Positions 15,164 to 30,127 are shown, numbered from the stretch's first letter. The stretch is 64,000 nt of DNA from Eledone cirrhosa (GCA_964016885.1 OZ024745.1:71858001-71922000); one strand, 5' to 3'. Notes: generated by a model from the letters alone, not told the origin. Numbers and translations are program-made.

Positions 15164-17719
15164 ATCAATGTATATATATATAGGAGATAAATAAATTGGG
15201 TATAATACCAGTTTATTACCAAATGCGAAGAAGCTTGATATATCAACCCTTTAGGAAAGGGTATAGAGCATTATTTTATGTACATGTTATATTTGTCGCA
15301 TATCGAAGTTTTTCGACCATTTTGCAACTAAATTGACCAAATTTGGCCCTCCCAATTTAGAAGTGCTTCGAACATTTATATCAAATGTTTAACAGCATTT
15401 TGTTTAGCTTCTGAAAAACATGTACTTCAAATATAGAATGTTCTATTCAAGTGACCAAATCCTATCTACACAATTGATCCTTCCTTGTCATAAATATTAT
15501 GACAGACAAAATTCGAGTTCAGATCATTCTGAGTTTCTATTTATTTCTCTTTATTTTTTCTTGAATCGATAAAATAAATATTAGCATTATACATAATTTC
15601 TATCAAGTCACCTTTGATAGCTTCAGTTTATTTGTAATAAAGCAACTACTAAGCATATATTCCAGGTGTAACAAAGGCTAATAACTGAGATTATTGGGAT
15701 ACCTACTACACAAACTTATAAATAAGTATAAAGCTGCAAAACAAAACAATTATAAGAAAAGTCAAAATAGTTGATAAACATTAAAAATTATAAAAATATG
15801 ATTAGATATGATCAAGGTGGTGTCCTAGCATAGTTTCAGTCAAAAGACTGGAACCAATAAAAGAATAAAAAGAATAAAACATAATATCAAGATAAAGCTA
15901 TAAATAAGTCGGTGAGATATCTAGTCGATTAGATTACATATCAAGCACATATCTTATCAATCCTGGATGAACGAGATGCAGTTGAGTCCAGTGGAGATTT
16001 AATATTGAGGGAAGAAACTAAATACTGTATCTTTTAAAATCATTCTTGCAGAAGAATAGGATTTGTCCATGACCATTTTCAGGGCATCTGAAATTGTTGG
16101 GAGAGAAAGACGAAGTTATCTTCAAAGCGGAGACTTGACTCGAATGTTTGCAATAGAGTAGATTCCGCTAAAGCGGATGTTAAATAGTGTGACATGTTAT
16201 GTCTACCATCTAATAGACAGACCAGTGTTCTACCATTTCTGTCAATCTAACATTCTAAAACATGTCAATGTAACTAAATCAATGTTAGTACAATTTCGTT
16301 TTAGTTAAATAAAATAACCCAATGACAGCAAAACTGCATTATATGGGCTTTCTGGCCGAAGACTACGGACAGGATCAGTAACAATAGTCAATGGAGAAAT
16401 AGAAAAATGGAGGCATGAAGCCAAAATGTGAAATAAGCGTGTTTATAATAAAGAAAGGACATTATCCGAGCGTTGGTTTACATAGAAGTTGATACCAACA
16501 TGTTTGTATAAATGGATTCTATAACATACGGAATTTTCCTCTAAAGTTTATATCGAAAATCAAAAGGCTTCTCCTGTAGACTTTCATAATCTTTTTGAAA
16601 GGAAGATGGGTGTGGTTATTATAGCCAATGTCGAAATTAATGAGAGTAAATATAGGACAAAAAATAAACACTTTCCAATGTTGTTGAAGATTACTGAGAA
16701 TGCAAAAGAAATCTCTTTAAGAGAGATTTACTCAAAGAAAACATCCACAAGGGGCGTATTTCTTCTACTAAGAAAAGATTCATAAATAGAATCTGTCATG
16801 TTTAGTCAGTTTTACATGTATATCAGAAAGTATATCTCTTACCCGGAATTATTTATGAATTAAAAGCTAGGCATTGGAAAGCAAAGCTTTTGAGGAAATG
16901 GGAAAGAAGAAACACGATTACATGAAAGATATGAGAAAAAGACAAGTAATATGAATGAGAAGAAAAGACAACAGCATTAAAGTAATTAAAAGGAGATAGG
17001 ATGAATAAAAACGAAAGGTTTAAATGAAAGAACACAAGGGCAAATGCCAACCCAATTGAACGGACTGATTTGCTCGACTACTGGTGTCTTGAAAAGTAAA
17101 TTTCCCATACATGATGTTTCAAGAAAAATCAAAAACAACTAATACATCAGAGATTAGTAAAAAAACCAAAAATAAATTGAATAATTATATCAATTAATCT
17201 CTTCCGGGAATCTCTGATTCTTATAAATCCACGGAGAAACAGATACGATGAATGAATTCAAGGGTAATGCACACAAAATATTTTCAGTTTACTGAAATAG
17301 ATACCGGCAATTTTTAGCGACTTTCAAAGAAAAAGTAGAAGGTTTCAAGCAAAATATTAGGAAATAATTATACAAAATTAATTAACACACATTTTTTTTG
17401 AAAATATGATCTTTATTAACAGGTCAGGTAGCAGTTACGAACATATATTTCAATCGTATTGAATCTCGTCAGAGAGGTTTATGCAAACTGGTGAGTACTT
17501 AAGAATTCGACAAAAAGATTACATATTCAGAGAAAGAATAACCAAGAGTTTTGGTTAGTAGCAATTTGCGTAATTACGAATTTTCACTTCACAGACTTGG
17601 ATTGGCCCGATACTTTGGTAAAAGAAACTTGTCTATGATACCATGTAGTGAAATCGAACTCGGAACTGCATCATTGCAAAGTGAACTTCTTATCTACTCA
17701 GTCATTCAAATTCCGCTTC

Positions 17720-18086
<367 letters not shown>

Positions 18087-18323
18087 GTGTGTGTTAGGTA
18101 ATTCCGAAGGAAAAGCAAAGGAAAAAAAAGAGTGCTCTATGTATAGAGCAGAGCTATTTAATTAGAAAGGGAACAACACAAAATATAACTACTGGGATCC
18201 AGAAACCTTTCGTAATGGAGTAGTTGTATTTTATGTTGTTCATTTTCTAAGTAAATATATATATATAATGAATATTATTTAGCTTTTAAATATATATATT
18301 TAATGAATATTATTTAGCTTTTT

Positions 18324-18509
18324 AGGGCGGTGGATTGGCAGTATCGGTAGAGGGTTGGACGCCATGCTTTCTAGCATAGTTACGTCCCTTTACGGTTTGA
18401 GTTCAAATCCCGCTGAGGTTAACTTTGCCTTTCATCCTTACGGGGTCGATAAAATAAAGTACCAGTAATGTACTGGGTAATTGCTGGCCTTGTGCCTAAA
18501 GTAGAAACA
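18324..18509 (+). mobile_element. Nin-domain SINE, full length
   Basis: Same family; TSD attatttagctttt. Confidence 0.9.
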
Positions 18510-18735
18510 ATTATTTAGCTTTTAAGAAAATATATTTCTCTCTGAAATACCACTGGCTTCACTGGATTATTTATTCTTGAAACTATAGCTTTCCTAAACA
18601 AGGCCAGACTTTCATCTGGTGAGGCTATTAGCTATATAGAATTTAAGGTCCTTCTCTAAAACATTTTGGGTAAAATATTTTTTAGTAATTATACATGACT
18701 ATTATTTTTATATTAATGCTAATGATAAGGAATGA

Positions 18736-18795
<60 letters not shown>

Positions 18796-18796
<1 letters not shown>

Positions 18797-18972
18797 GTAG
18801 GTCCCGGGTTGAGTCGGGGATAACCACAGTAAGTAAGGTACTCAATACATGGCAGAGTAAACATTTTTTATTTTATAGAAGGAGCTTCTACAGGACTAGT
18901 ACTGTTTCATTCAGATGAAATCTTCAGGACTGAAGATTTCATCTGAATGAAACAGTACTAGTCCTGTAGAAG

Positions 18973-18974
<2 letters not shown>
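18796..18974 (-). mobile_element. Head-to-head hammerhead foldback inserted in (TA)n
   Basis: Perfect 45-bp arms at 18883-18927 and 18930-18974 with a 2-nt spacer just 5' of CTGAAGA; pure (TA)n on both sides. Confidence 0.85.
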
Positions 18975-19051
<77 letters not shown>

Positions 19052-19135
19052 CTTTGATGATTTAGTATCTAAGAATAAATAAAAACTAATGATAAAATAA
19101 AATAATATTTAAAAAATACATTTCTTTGGACACCC

Positions 19136-19207
<72 letters not shown>

Positions 19208-20430
19208 TAACACTGAGTTCTTCAGTTTTTCACTTGTGGACTCCTACGATGTCACCAGATCAGTACCCATCACACACACACACACATACACACAAACATA
19301 CGTATAACATAATTTCACAAACTCTATCGTGAATTCTCTCCTTCTTGGCTTCTTTCTCTTCTCTGTCTCTGCTTTTCACTCTATATACAAGCAAGACCGT
19401 ATACTGACGACATGTATCTGTATTTATGTTATATAATATGTAATCCTGTACACGAAGTCAAGTGGTAAAACAGTCTTACACATCTAGGTGTCACAATATC
19501 TTTATTGACTGTGTCTGCATATGTAGACGGCTAGCAAAAAACCTTAGTGTGATGGATGTTAAATTTTACTTCGAGATGAACACGATGTTTCGTTTATTCC
19601 TCTTACATCTACTCCCGGGTTTGTTTTAATCAACACTTTCCTTTTATCATTATAACTGTTTCATTTCTGTCAACATGCTGCAAATGAGTTAACCCTTTTG
19701 ATGTCACCCTATTTAAAACTGCACTGATCCTATGAAACAAGACTGCTCATTTTAATGTGTTGATATATTAAAATAGTGTTACATCCCTTTATGTTCTGAA
19801 TTCAAATCCTGCTGAAGTTAGCTTTGTCTTTCATCTTTACAGGGTCGATAAAATAAAGTACCAGTAACGCACTGGTGCCGATTTAATCGCACCCTCACAA
19901 ATTATTGGCCTTGTGCCTATTAACTGAAACACATTGGTAGTATATTTCATTTGAAATATGGAAACGAAAGAGTTAAAAGTTGCTAATCAGCAAACATGAG
20001 CAACTTACAAGTGGGCGGTGGCTGCATGGAATGTTATACCGAGTAACATTTTGACATTTTGTTTAATGTAAAATAGGTAGCCATCTGGATGTTTTCAGAG
20101 AACCCCTCTCTCTTTTTCTTACCCTACCTTTTTCTAACCCTATTTAATCCCTATCTGCCTTCTCGTGGCCATTATTTCTCTCTTTCAATAACTCTCACTC
20201 CTTTCATTCTTCTTGTCTTCGTCTCTTACTCATTCTCCACGCCTCTCTCTTTCTTTCTATCTCTCTATATAGAAATGCAGTCAAAGTGGTGCAGTTACTT
20301 TTAGCAGAGCCACCCAGCACGATAACAACACCATTGCCAAGACCTTCAACGTATGTATGTATGTATGTATGTATGTATGTATGTATGTATGTATGTATGT
20401 ATGTATGTATGTATGTATGTATGTATGTAT

Positions 20431-20774
20431 ACCTGCAACCCTGATGGTATCCAATTATGTTGACTTGTTCTTCTTTTTGGTAAATATCATCTTGGTTAAG
20501 AGAGTGGGACTGGCTTTGTGCAGTGCCTTTGCTCACTATAAAAGCTTCACGGCACAGGCATTGCTTTATATCTGGAGATCTCTCTGCACATGTCGTCACA
20601 TGGTACCATGGGCCCAGGACTATTTGTCAATAATTGTCACAAGTGTAGTGTTTGTACCAGAGTTTTCAAGTCGCTGGCTGGACTAAGAAGTCACACTCGT
20701 TCAGCGCATCGGTAGGGGTTCTCCTACATGGATATAAAGTAGTGGCCGTACTCGAAAACGAGTTGGCAGCCACC
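20431..20774 (+). mobile_element. RTE-derived non-autonomous element, 5'-truncated
   Basis: Same family; (TATG)n on both sides. Confidence 0.85.
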
Positions 20775-20794
20775 ATGTATGTATGTATGTATGT

Positions 20795-22197
20795 TTTCTC
20801 TTTCTCTTAATTTCGAGTATATTTTTTTGACCGGCCACCTTCCTGGTGGTAAGGTTGTAAAAGAAAAGAAATTTTCATCCCTTGAATCGCAAGAATGTTT
20901 TGCAAATTTTGAAGGTGCCAGCTATCGCAGCCATTTGCAGACTATGAATTAGGGAGCTGCGGTTTTTGTCCGCAAATCCAAGTTTAGTCATACTTTGGTC
21001 CAAGCGGGTTGGTATATAACCCGTAGCACCAATAATGATGGGTATGAAGCTAAAGGTGTATCTTGGATACTGGATTTGTAAACTCCTCATCAATGGTCCG
21101 TAGATGTCCTCCTTCTCCTGTATTTTTCTGACAACGTTTACATCAAGTGGGCAGCTGATCTCCACAACAGAACACGTTTTCAATGTGTGGTCCCAAACTA
21201 CAATATCAGGCCGGTTGTGCTTTAATTTGGTGGCAGTTTTTATTTTCAGGTTCCACCAGTATTCCTTAGTGCCATCTGTCTCAATATATTCTTCCTCGTT
21301 TGTTGTTAATTTTGTTTTCCGAAGTGCGTTCCAGATGGTTCTAGCTATCCCATCGTGTCTCATGGGAGGTAGTAGCGAGATGACATTCTTTCGCAGCTGG
21401 CAACAATGTGGCTTACATCCTCGATCTTTGTTTTACATAGCCTACATTTATTGTCAGCTGCTGGCCCTCCTCTTTTGTGCAGCAGATATTTGGTAGGGAG
21501 TTCTTGTTCCTGTATTGCATAGAGATATCCCTCAAGGTGTGATGTCATAAACTTGTCGGAACTCCATGCCAGGCTTTTTGAGTGGTTTATCCCCTCTATG
21601 GTCTGTGTTTTACGCCTCAAGTATCCATGCACAACTTTTTCTGTAAATTGGTCAATTTTCTTATCTTGTTTGAACATTGAATAGGATCTTCCGATTTCTC
21701 TGGGTGAGAGATTTATATCAGGCTTTATTCCATATCTCTCCTCCAGATCAGTCGCTATTCTAATGATATTTCTTTTTTCATGCTCATAAACCCGGGCAAG
21801 ATGGTTGCCAACCTTTTTCCTCTGTTGAAGGTGTTGCTTCAGTGTTACTATCCGGGTCTCATATGTTGTTAATATTGATTTTAGACCCAGGCCACTTTCC
21901 TTGCGTGAGAAGTATAGCCTATCCACATCACCATTGATGTTAAAGTTGCCAGTAACACTGAGAAGTTTTCGAGTTCTAACATCCATCTCACTTAGTTCTT
22001 GCAATGACCAGTTCAGTAGGCCAAATGTTGGCGTTAGAATTGGCACAGCATAAGTATTGTGGGCAATGTATTTGTTGTATGCTGACAGTTCTGATGACCA
22101 TATTTTCTTTACTCTTCTGAGGTATTCAGTTCTGGTTCTCTCCTTATTTATGGGTCCATAATATCTGACATTCTCATCCTGTCCAAGATATCTGTAG
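20795..22197 (-). mobile_element. R4/Dong-like RLE non-LTR retrotransposon, 5'-truncated, one frameshift near 21360
   Basis: YRYLG (RT end), AIQEQ, CRLC..H...C knuckle, RHD, and PDIVV..VEISCP..K...Y restriction-like endonuclease; (TATG)n on both sides. Confidence 0.9.
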
Positions 22198-22293
22198 TAT
22201 GTATGTATGTATGTATGTATGTATGTATGTATGTATGTATGTATGTATGTATGTATGTATGTATGTATGTATGTATGTATGTATGTATGTATG

Positions 22294-22716
22294 ACCCCTT
22301 AGCCTCTGGGAGAGATGACTCCTTAGCCTTTGTCAAGGCAGAATTCTAGGAGAAGGAAAACTCTGATATAACACATGCAACCCTGATGGTATCCAATGAT
22401 GTTGACTTGTTCTTCTTTTTGGTAAATATCATCTTGGTTAAGAGAGTGGGACTGGCTTTGTGCAGTGCCTTTGCTCACTATAAAAGCTTCACGGCACAGG
22501 CATTGCTTTATATCTGGAGATCTCTCTACACTTGTCGTCACATGGTACCATGGGCCCAGCACTATGTGTCAATAATTGTCACAAGTGTAGTGTTTGTACC
22601 AGAGTTTTCAAGTCGCTGGCTGGACTAAAAAGTCACACTCGTTCATCACATCGGTAGGGGTTCTCCTACATGGACATAAAGTAGTGGCCGTACTCGAAAA
22701 CGAGTTGGCAGCCACC
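22294..22716 (+). mobile_element. RTE-derived non-autonomous element
   Basis: The 5' part contains the RTE 5'UTR-like ctaggagaaggaaaactctga. The 3' part matches the end of the RTE fragment at 50950-51068 (KSLAGLKSH, gcagcca.c terminus). Confidence 0.85.
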
Positions 22717-23259
22717 ATGTATGTATGTATGTATGTATGTATGTATGTATGTATGTATGTATGTATGGATGTATACATGTCTTTTCCTAGAATTCACACA
22801 CACACACTTACATACACATACACATACACATACATTCACATAATTACACATACGAACATCCACTCAAATACGCAAAGTCACTTTTGTTACGATCCTTTAC
22901 ATTCTGAGTTCAAATTCCAGAGAATTCAACTTTGCCTTTCAACCTTCCGAAGTCGACAATATTAAGTAGCTCATGTAATGTGGATCAATGTAATCGATTT
23001 TCCCCGCCCCTGAAAGTGTTGGCCTTGTGGTAAAATTTGAAATCTAACTAAATACATTAAAACTTCGATTAATACCTCCTCCACCATTACTAATATATCA
23101 CTGATATATACATGAGAGTTATTGATTAGTCAATTGCCTGGCGGATAATATAAAAGCTGTTTGTATGATCGATTTCATTCCATAGTTACAGCGTTATATG
23201 CGATGGGTGCCGCTATATATATATATATATGTGTGTGTCTGTGTGTATATATATATATA

Positions 23260-23297
<38 letters not shown>

Positions 23298-24852
23298 CTT
23301 GTCTTTATTGACTTATATCGAGACAGACAAATTGTATTCACTTTAATTAGTTTATTTCATTAATAGCTAACTTTGTCTGTTGCAATGCAAACACGTTTTG
23401 TGTTTATCATATATTTTAATGTATTTAACTGCTCGGAAATGCCCCTTTTCTTGGAGCTTGATTATTGTAAACGACTGAGAGTTTATTCTCAAAATATAAT
23501 ATAGTATATATATATATACATTTGCGTGTATGTGTGCTTCTATGCGCGCGAGTGTCTGTGTATGAAGAATATGGTTTTGTAAATCTTTCTCAAATCACAA
23601 CTGTAAACAGACAAACTGTCTAATGCAGCCATTGGAAACACAATAACAGAAAAATTAAAAGAGGAAATAGTCATGAATGGAATACCCTTGGTTATAAAAC
23701 AAAAGTAAACTGCAGCACCAACAATCATTTGCTCAACAAGGCACTGCAGTTTTCTTATATCACTACTACATTAGTTTTTGTTTCTAAGAACAGTCAAGTT
23801 GTGTATAGCTTCCATTAGAACCCCAGTCTCAGACGTTTTATATATTCATCAAACCTACTGCGGCGCATGACACCAAACCCTTACTTATACCTCCTTTCCA
23901 AATCATCCTCCGTCCCAGTACTGCTAATAATGGTTTCTGATTTAGACATACGGCCAATAGTTTTGGGGGCACGGAATATCTGAGGCTGCATGCAGCAGCT
24001 TGATGTTCATTTGGGAACATTTTCCGGTTAAATGACATTAATGACTGAGATATCAAATTTATAAGGCACAAGGCCAACAATTTGGGCGTCGGGGGTCGGA
24101 AAACCGATTAAGCATTACTGGTATTTTTTTTTTTACCGACCCCGTAAAGAGGAAAGGCAAAGCTAATCTAGGCGGGATTTGAACTTTACCGATATTGTCC
24201 AACTACCACCCTCAGTACTGCTTATAATATAATGAAAGATGACCAAAACCAGAAGACGCCCAAATATCAGGCATTGACTAACCATTTCCTTTTTGTGCCA
24301 GTTACTACCGAAATATCTGATGTTCTCGGTCGCCGGAGTGCCATTTTCTCTCGCAAAATCGAAAGGAGGTAATCACATCTGAGGACGGAGTTCACACTTT
24401 TAACTTTTTTCAAAATTTCTTATCGTTATTTCTTCTCTTTATTTTTGACACTTTTGTAAATTGTATTTAGTAAATAAACTATTTGAGTGAATAAATAAAC
24501 AAAATGAATGCCTGTGTTTGACAGGTTAAGTTTAAGTTTATTATCTCTAGAGAAGATGACATTCGTTACTGGTCAAAAGTCAATAAGGTTGTATCTTTCT
24601 TCAATCGTCAATTCACATCAATATTTACATTTCATTCACAGAAAGATATTTAAGTAACTTTACAGAAAATGTCAGTCAAGGAGATTTGTCATTGTTTATT
24701 TTGGTTTGTGTATACCATACTTTATATAATCTTAACTGTATGTGCGTACATATGCGTATGTATGTATGTATGTATGTATGTATGTATGTATGTATGTATG
24801 TATGTATGTATGTATGTATGTATGTGTGATGTATGTATGTATGAATGTATGT

Positions 24853-25299
24853 TCTCTTTTTCTCTTAATTTCGAGTATATTTTTGACCGGCCACCTTCCT
24901 GGTGGCAAGGTTGTAAAAGAAAAGAAATTGTCATCCCTTGAATCGCAAGAATGTTTTGTAAATTTTGAAGGTGCCAGCTATCGCAGCCATTTGTAGACTA
25001 TGAATTAGGGAGCTGCGCTCTTTGTCCGCAAATCCAAGTTCAGTTATACATTGGTCCAAGCGAGTTGGTTCCTGTAGTTCCAATAATGATGGGTATGAAG
25101 CTAAAGGTGTATCTTGGATACTGAATTTGTAAACTCCTCATCAATGGTCTGTAGATGTCCTCCTTCTCCTGTATTTTTCTGACAACGTTTATATCAAGTG
25201 GGCAGCTGATCTCCACAACAGAACACGTTTTCAATGTGTGGTCCCAAACAACAATATCAGGCCGGTTGTGCTTTAATTTGGTGGCAGTTTTTATTTTCA
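24853..25299 (-). mobile_element. Second, shorter copy of the same R4/Dong-like element
   Basis: Highly similar to 20795-21250 with a small internal deletion; (TATG)n on both sides. Confidence 0.9.
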
Positions 25300-25940
25300 T
25301 GTATGTGTGTATGTATGTGTATGTATGTGTGTATGTGTGTATGTGTGTGTGTATGTATGAATGTGTGTATGTGTGATGTATGTATGTATGTATGAATGTA
25401 TGTATGTACGTATGTATGAGATATCTCTTGCATCTTAAGTCTATGTTTTACGTTTGCGATTGTTTAAATGATTGACTAAAGAAAGCAGAATGACAATATA
25501 TGAGAAAACATCGAAATATTATTAGCCAACAGTACAGAAATATTTTTTTTGTTGCCGAAAATTGTGGTCGGAAAATTCACCTCATATTCATGTATTCATT
25601 ACTTCGAAAAAGAAACTCGTGTTATTTGGTAAACAATCAATATCGATGTACAGTTGACTAATCAAATTTCGATGAGTTGCCGAATATTTTTGCTTATCAA
25701 GTATATTGTCCCTTTGCTTCATGCTTTAGACTGCTTGAACCATCTCAAATAGGAAATCTAGAGTTACGTTTCTGGAAGCTTTAGTTTCTAATAAAATATA
25801 CACTCTCTGCTTTATTTGTTGAATACTTTTTCCTGTTTTTAAACATAAAGGTTCACTAATTCACACATTCAAACACGCAAAGACTTACACATACATACAC
25901 ATACGCACGTATGCACACACATATATACCACACACACACA

Positions 25941-25983
<43 letters not shown>

Positions 25984-26111
25984 GGGGGTATTTGTAGGTG
26001 TATGTGTTTATGACGAAGTGGGGGTAAGAGTACTGAACATATATGTATACACACACACACACACACATATATATATATCCAGGGTCTCGCTGTGTATATA
26101 TATATGTATGT

Positions 26112-26144
<33 letters not shown>

Positions 26145-26148
26145 CATA

Positions 26149-26560
26149 TACAGAGTGTCCCCAAAGTGTGGACACACAGGCCAGTGGCAGATCTAAGATT
26201 CGTGATAATGTAACGTCATCTGATGCCAGGGTAAAAACGAATTAGAGCAACCTTTAGTACTGTGTCACAATAATGATAACAAGCCAAGAGTTCAGGAGAC
26301 CACGATATTGCCAATATCACAGGCAGTTAATCTGTTATTGTAGGACGAGATGATGCGGAGCTCTTTGACTCACCAAATTTGCTTTTTACTTCGCCACATT
26401 CACAGATTTGAAGACCAGCTACACTCACCTATACGCCATACACCGAATGATAGAGAATATAGTTTTCTCCAAAAACCTTTTCTGTTTTTTTTTAAAACAA
26501 AAATATGTTCCTCACTGAATTCCTTGGGCAAGGAAGTGCTGTCCTTTGTAACATACTTCT
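26149..26560 (-). mobile_element. Possible decayed Tc1/mariner end
   Basis: TA + CAGAGTGTCCCCAAAG TIR-like start next to (TA)n; only a faint transposase resemblance internally. Confidence 0.35.
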
Positions 26561-26699
26561 CGTAGGTTCTTTTGTACCCAGGAGCCGAACTATATTATCT
26601 GGCATGGTATGTAAAGAATTCAAAGGAGAGATTGATGGCAGGAGTAAGAAGGATAAAGGTGCTAAGCAGTGATGAATCAATGGAAAAAAAGAAAATTTA

Positions 26700-27655
26700 A
26701 ACAAGACTGACAAAATGACACATTGAATAGATGGAAAGAAAAAAATGTATGGTCAATTCTTGCGTAAAATGTCTGAGACAGTTGACAGAGATAGAAACTG
26801 GGAATGGATTACGAAAAGTGACTTAAAAGTTGATACTTGAAGCCATTATTTTTACAGCCCATGGCGGTGGATTGGCAGTATCGGTAGAGGGTCGGACGCC
26901 ATGCTTTCCAGCATAGTTACGTCCCTTTCCGATCTGAGTTCAAATCCCGCCGAGGTTGACTTTGCCTTTCATCCTTAGGGGGTCGATAAAATAAAGTACC
27001 AGTAATGCACTGGGTAATTGCTGGCCTTGTGCCTAAAGTAGAAACAATTATTTTTACAGCCCAGGAACAGGCACTGAGAACGAACTATATCAAGTTTGAT
27101 ATTGACAAGCCTGTGCATTCCCCACATTGTAGGCTGTGTGGTGAGAAAGGTGAGACAATAAACCACATTAGTGAATGTAATATGCTAGCTCAGAAAGAAT
27201 ACAAGAGAAGGCATAACAACATTACCAGATTGGTTCATTGAAATCTCTGTCATAAGTATGATATGAGCAGAAGTGAGAAATGGTATGAGCACCAACCAAA
27301 GGTTGCTGAAATCGAACAATATAAGATGTAGGACATGACCATCCAGTGTAGCCCATGACCATCCAGTGTAGCCATTTTATCGTGGTTAGAAAACGTGATA
27401 TTGTTGTCATAGAAAAAAAATTATCGTGGATATTGGCTTCACCGTGGGACCACAGAGTTAATAAAAAAGAAAGTGAGAAAGTTGAGAAATACCAGGAGCT
27501 GAAGAGGGAAATTAGGAGACTATAGAGTATCAGGCACGTAGAAGTGGTACCGATTGTGGTTGGTGCACTGGGAGCAGTTAGTAAAAGGCTGGATGCAGAA
27601 AACAGCCTTGTTAGAGACAGCAACGACCATAAGGAGGGTGTCGGAAAGTTGAAGG
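26700..27655 (+). mobile_element. Decayed R4/Dong-like LINE 3' region interrupted by a SINE
   Basis: WKEKKMYGQF, AQEQALRTN, CRLCGEKGETINH, RRHNN, KVEKYQELK, VPIVVGALG. Confidence 0.85.
26862..27046 (+). mobile_element. Nin-domain SINE inserted in a LINE, 17-bp TSD
   Basis: TSD attatttttacagccca at 26845-26861 and 27047-27063. Confidence 0.92.
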
Positions 27656-27769
27656 AGAAGGAATAAACCAAAGGAACTTTGGCAATTCTCTGTCTCGCTC
27701 ATTTGGTATAGTGTCGGTATAACATCTGACAAAGGCTTCCATCGTATCCGAGTGTAAACATATAACTCA

Positions 27770-28270
27770 GACTCATTATAAAGGATGGAAGCATGATATC
27801 ATAGGGAAAATGATCCACTGGCATTTATGCAAACTGAATAATTTACTCCACCCTGAGAAGTGGTATGAGGTTAAGCCATATCATCCTGCTAGATTATAGA
27901 TGTAGCTTGTCCTTTTGACACAAGAGTACAGGAAAAGGAAAAGGAAAAGGAAAAGGAAAAGGAAAAGGAGAAAATTAACCGGTATCAGTGGGAACTGAAA
28001 AGGATTTGGGACTGTCATGTGATTGGGACTGTCATGTGATTTGGGACTGTCATGTGATTGGGACTGTCATGTGATTGGGACTGTCATGTGATTTAGGACT
28101 GTCATCCCCATTGTCAAAGGAGCACTAAGTACTATCTCAAAGAGTTCCAAGGCTGACTAAAGAACATTAGCCCAGCATCCATTTTTGGAACACTTCAAAA
28201 GGCATGCTTACTGAGAACAACAAGGACCCTCCGATACATCCTGAATATCCGAGGTTGCAGGTAGAGGATT
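27770..28270 (+). mobile_element. Further decayed RLE LINE 3' fragment with internal tandem expansions
   Basis: KHDIIGKMIHWHLC, IIDVACPFDTRV, VIPIVKGALSTI, LQKACLL; contains (GGAAAA)n and a 17/18-mer array. Confidence 0.7.
28003..28105. repeat. Six tandem 17/18-bp units gatt(t)gggactgtcatgt
   Basis: Direct reading. Confidence 0.9.
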
Positions 28271-29084
28271 GATGTTCATTGAGGCTTGATGCTTGATGTT
28301 AATTTTCCGGTTAAATAACATCAATGACAGATATCAAATTCATAATAATAATAATGGTTTCCGATTTAGGCACAAGGCCAACAATTTTGGGGGAGGGAAA
28401 TGTCGATTAAATCGATCTCAGTGCATTACTGGTACTATATTTTATCGATCACGTAAGGATGACAGGAAAAGGTAACGGGATTTGAACTCAGATCAGAAAG
28501 GGCCACTACTATATGATGTAAAGCAGAATCGTTTGAGCTTCAGAACTTACAGTATTTTTTTCGACTTTTTACTTTTTGAATTCAAATCCTATCGAGCTTA
28601 ACTTTGCCTTAAATTCTCCCGGGTCACTAAAATAAAAATACCAGCCATGTACTGTGGTCGAATTAATCGACTAACTTATCACCTCAAATTTCTGAACTTG
28701 AGTCTAAATTAGAAAGCATGAAACAATTATTTTTAAACGTGGTGTCACATAAATCAAAATAACAACACTTTTTTTCCCGTTATTACGAGAAGTTGAAATC
28801 AATAGATTGCTAAATATACAAGTGCGTAATTCTTCGCTTGCTCCATTCTCGACCTAAAGTCAACATAACTGCAGATTAAACATCCTAAACAAAACATGTG
28901 GTTGACTGGTATTCTTTGGAGATGGAGAATTGTTACTCATTTGTATTGAACGTATCTATAGACCCGTAAAACCTGATAGACTTATAGGGGCGCCGTCATG
29001 ACAGACGCTGTTTTTTAGGCACCCATCTCGTCTGAACACAGCCGATTTCACCCAGAAAAGCAGAAAGCGAGAAGAGTGGGTGAG

Positions 29085-29300
<216 letters not shown>

Positions 29301-29660
29301 GACCTCCAGATTTGAATTGGTTCTTTTCTTTTATCGACCACGAAAGGGTAAATGGCAAAGTTGAGAATAGTGTAAATCATTCTTTCAGACGATCTAACGA
29401 CTCTGCAAGTTCTCCGCCTCTCTCATTTATTTTCCGCCATGTCAACAGACACAATGTCAAATACATTAGATCACCTTTGTGTAATAAAAGGTAGCGAATA
29501 TAAAAAAAAAACAAAAAACAAAAAGCAAACAAACAAATAGACAAACAATACCAAATATGGTTACTAGTATATCGGTCATGCTACACCAGTAACAAATGTA
29601 CGCCCTTACAACTCAAAAACAAATAGTAGGCGTCTACGCCAGAAAACACACATACACACA

Positions 29661-30029
<369 letters not shown>

Positions 30030-30050
30030 GTATATATATGTATATATATG

Positions 30051-30127
<77 letters not shown>

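Noticed and set aside
16220-17500. Possible decayed hAT-like transposase
   Set aside because: Only faint resemblance, many stops and no clear termini; cannot be supported without a translated search.
23540-23728. Minus-strand ORF with an acceptor-like tttacag as an extra thrombospondin exon
   Set aside because: The phase-1 reading hits TGA at once, and there is no donor or domain similarity.
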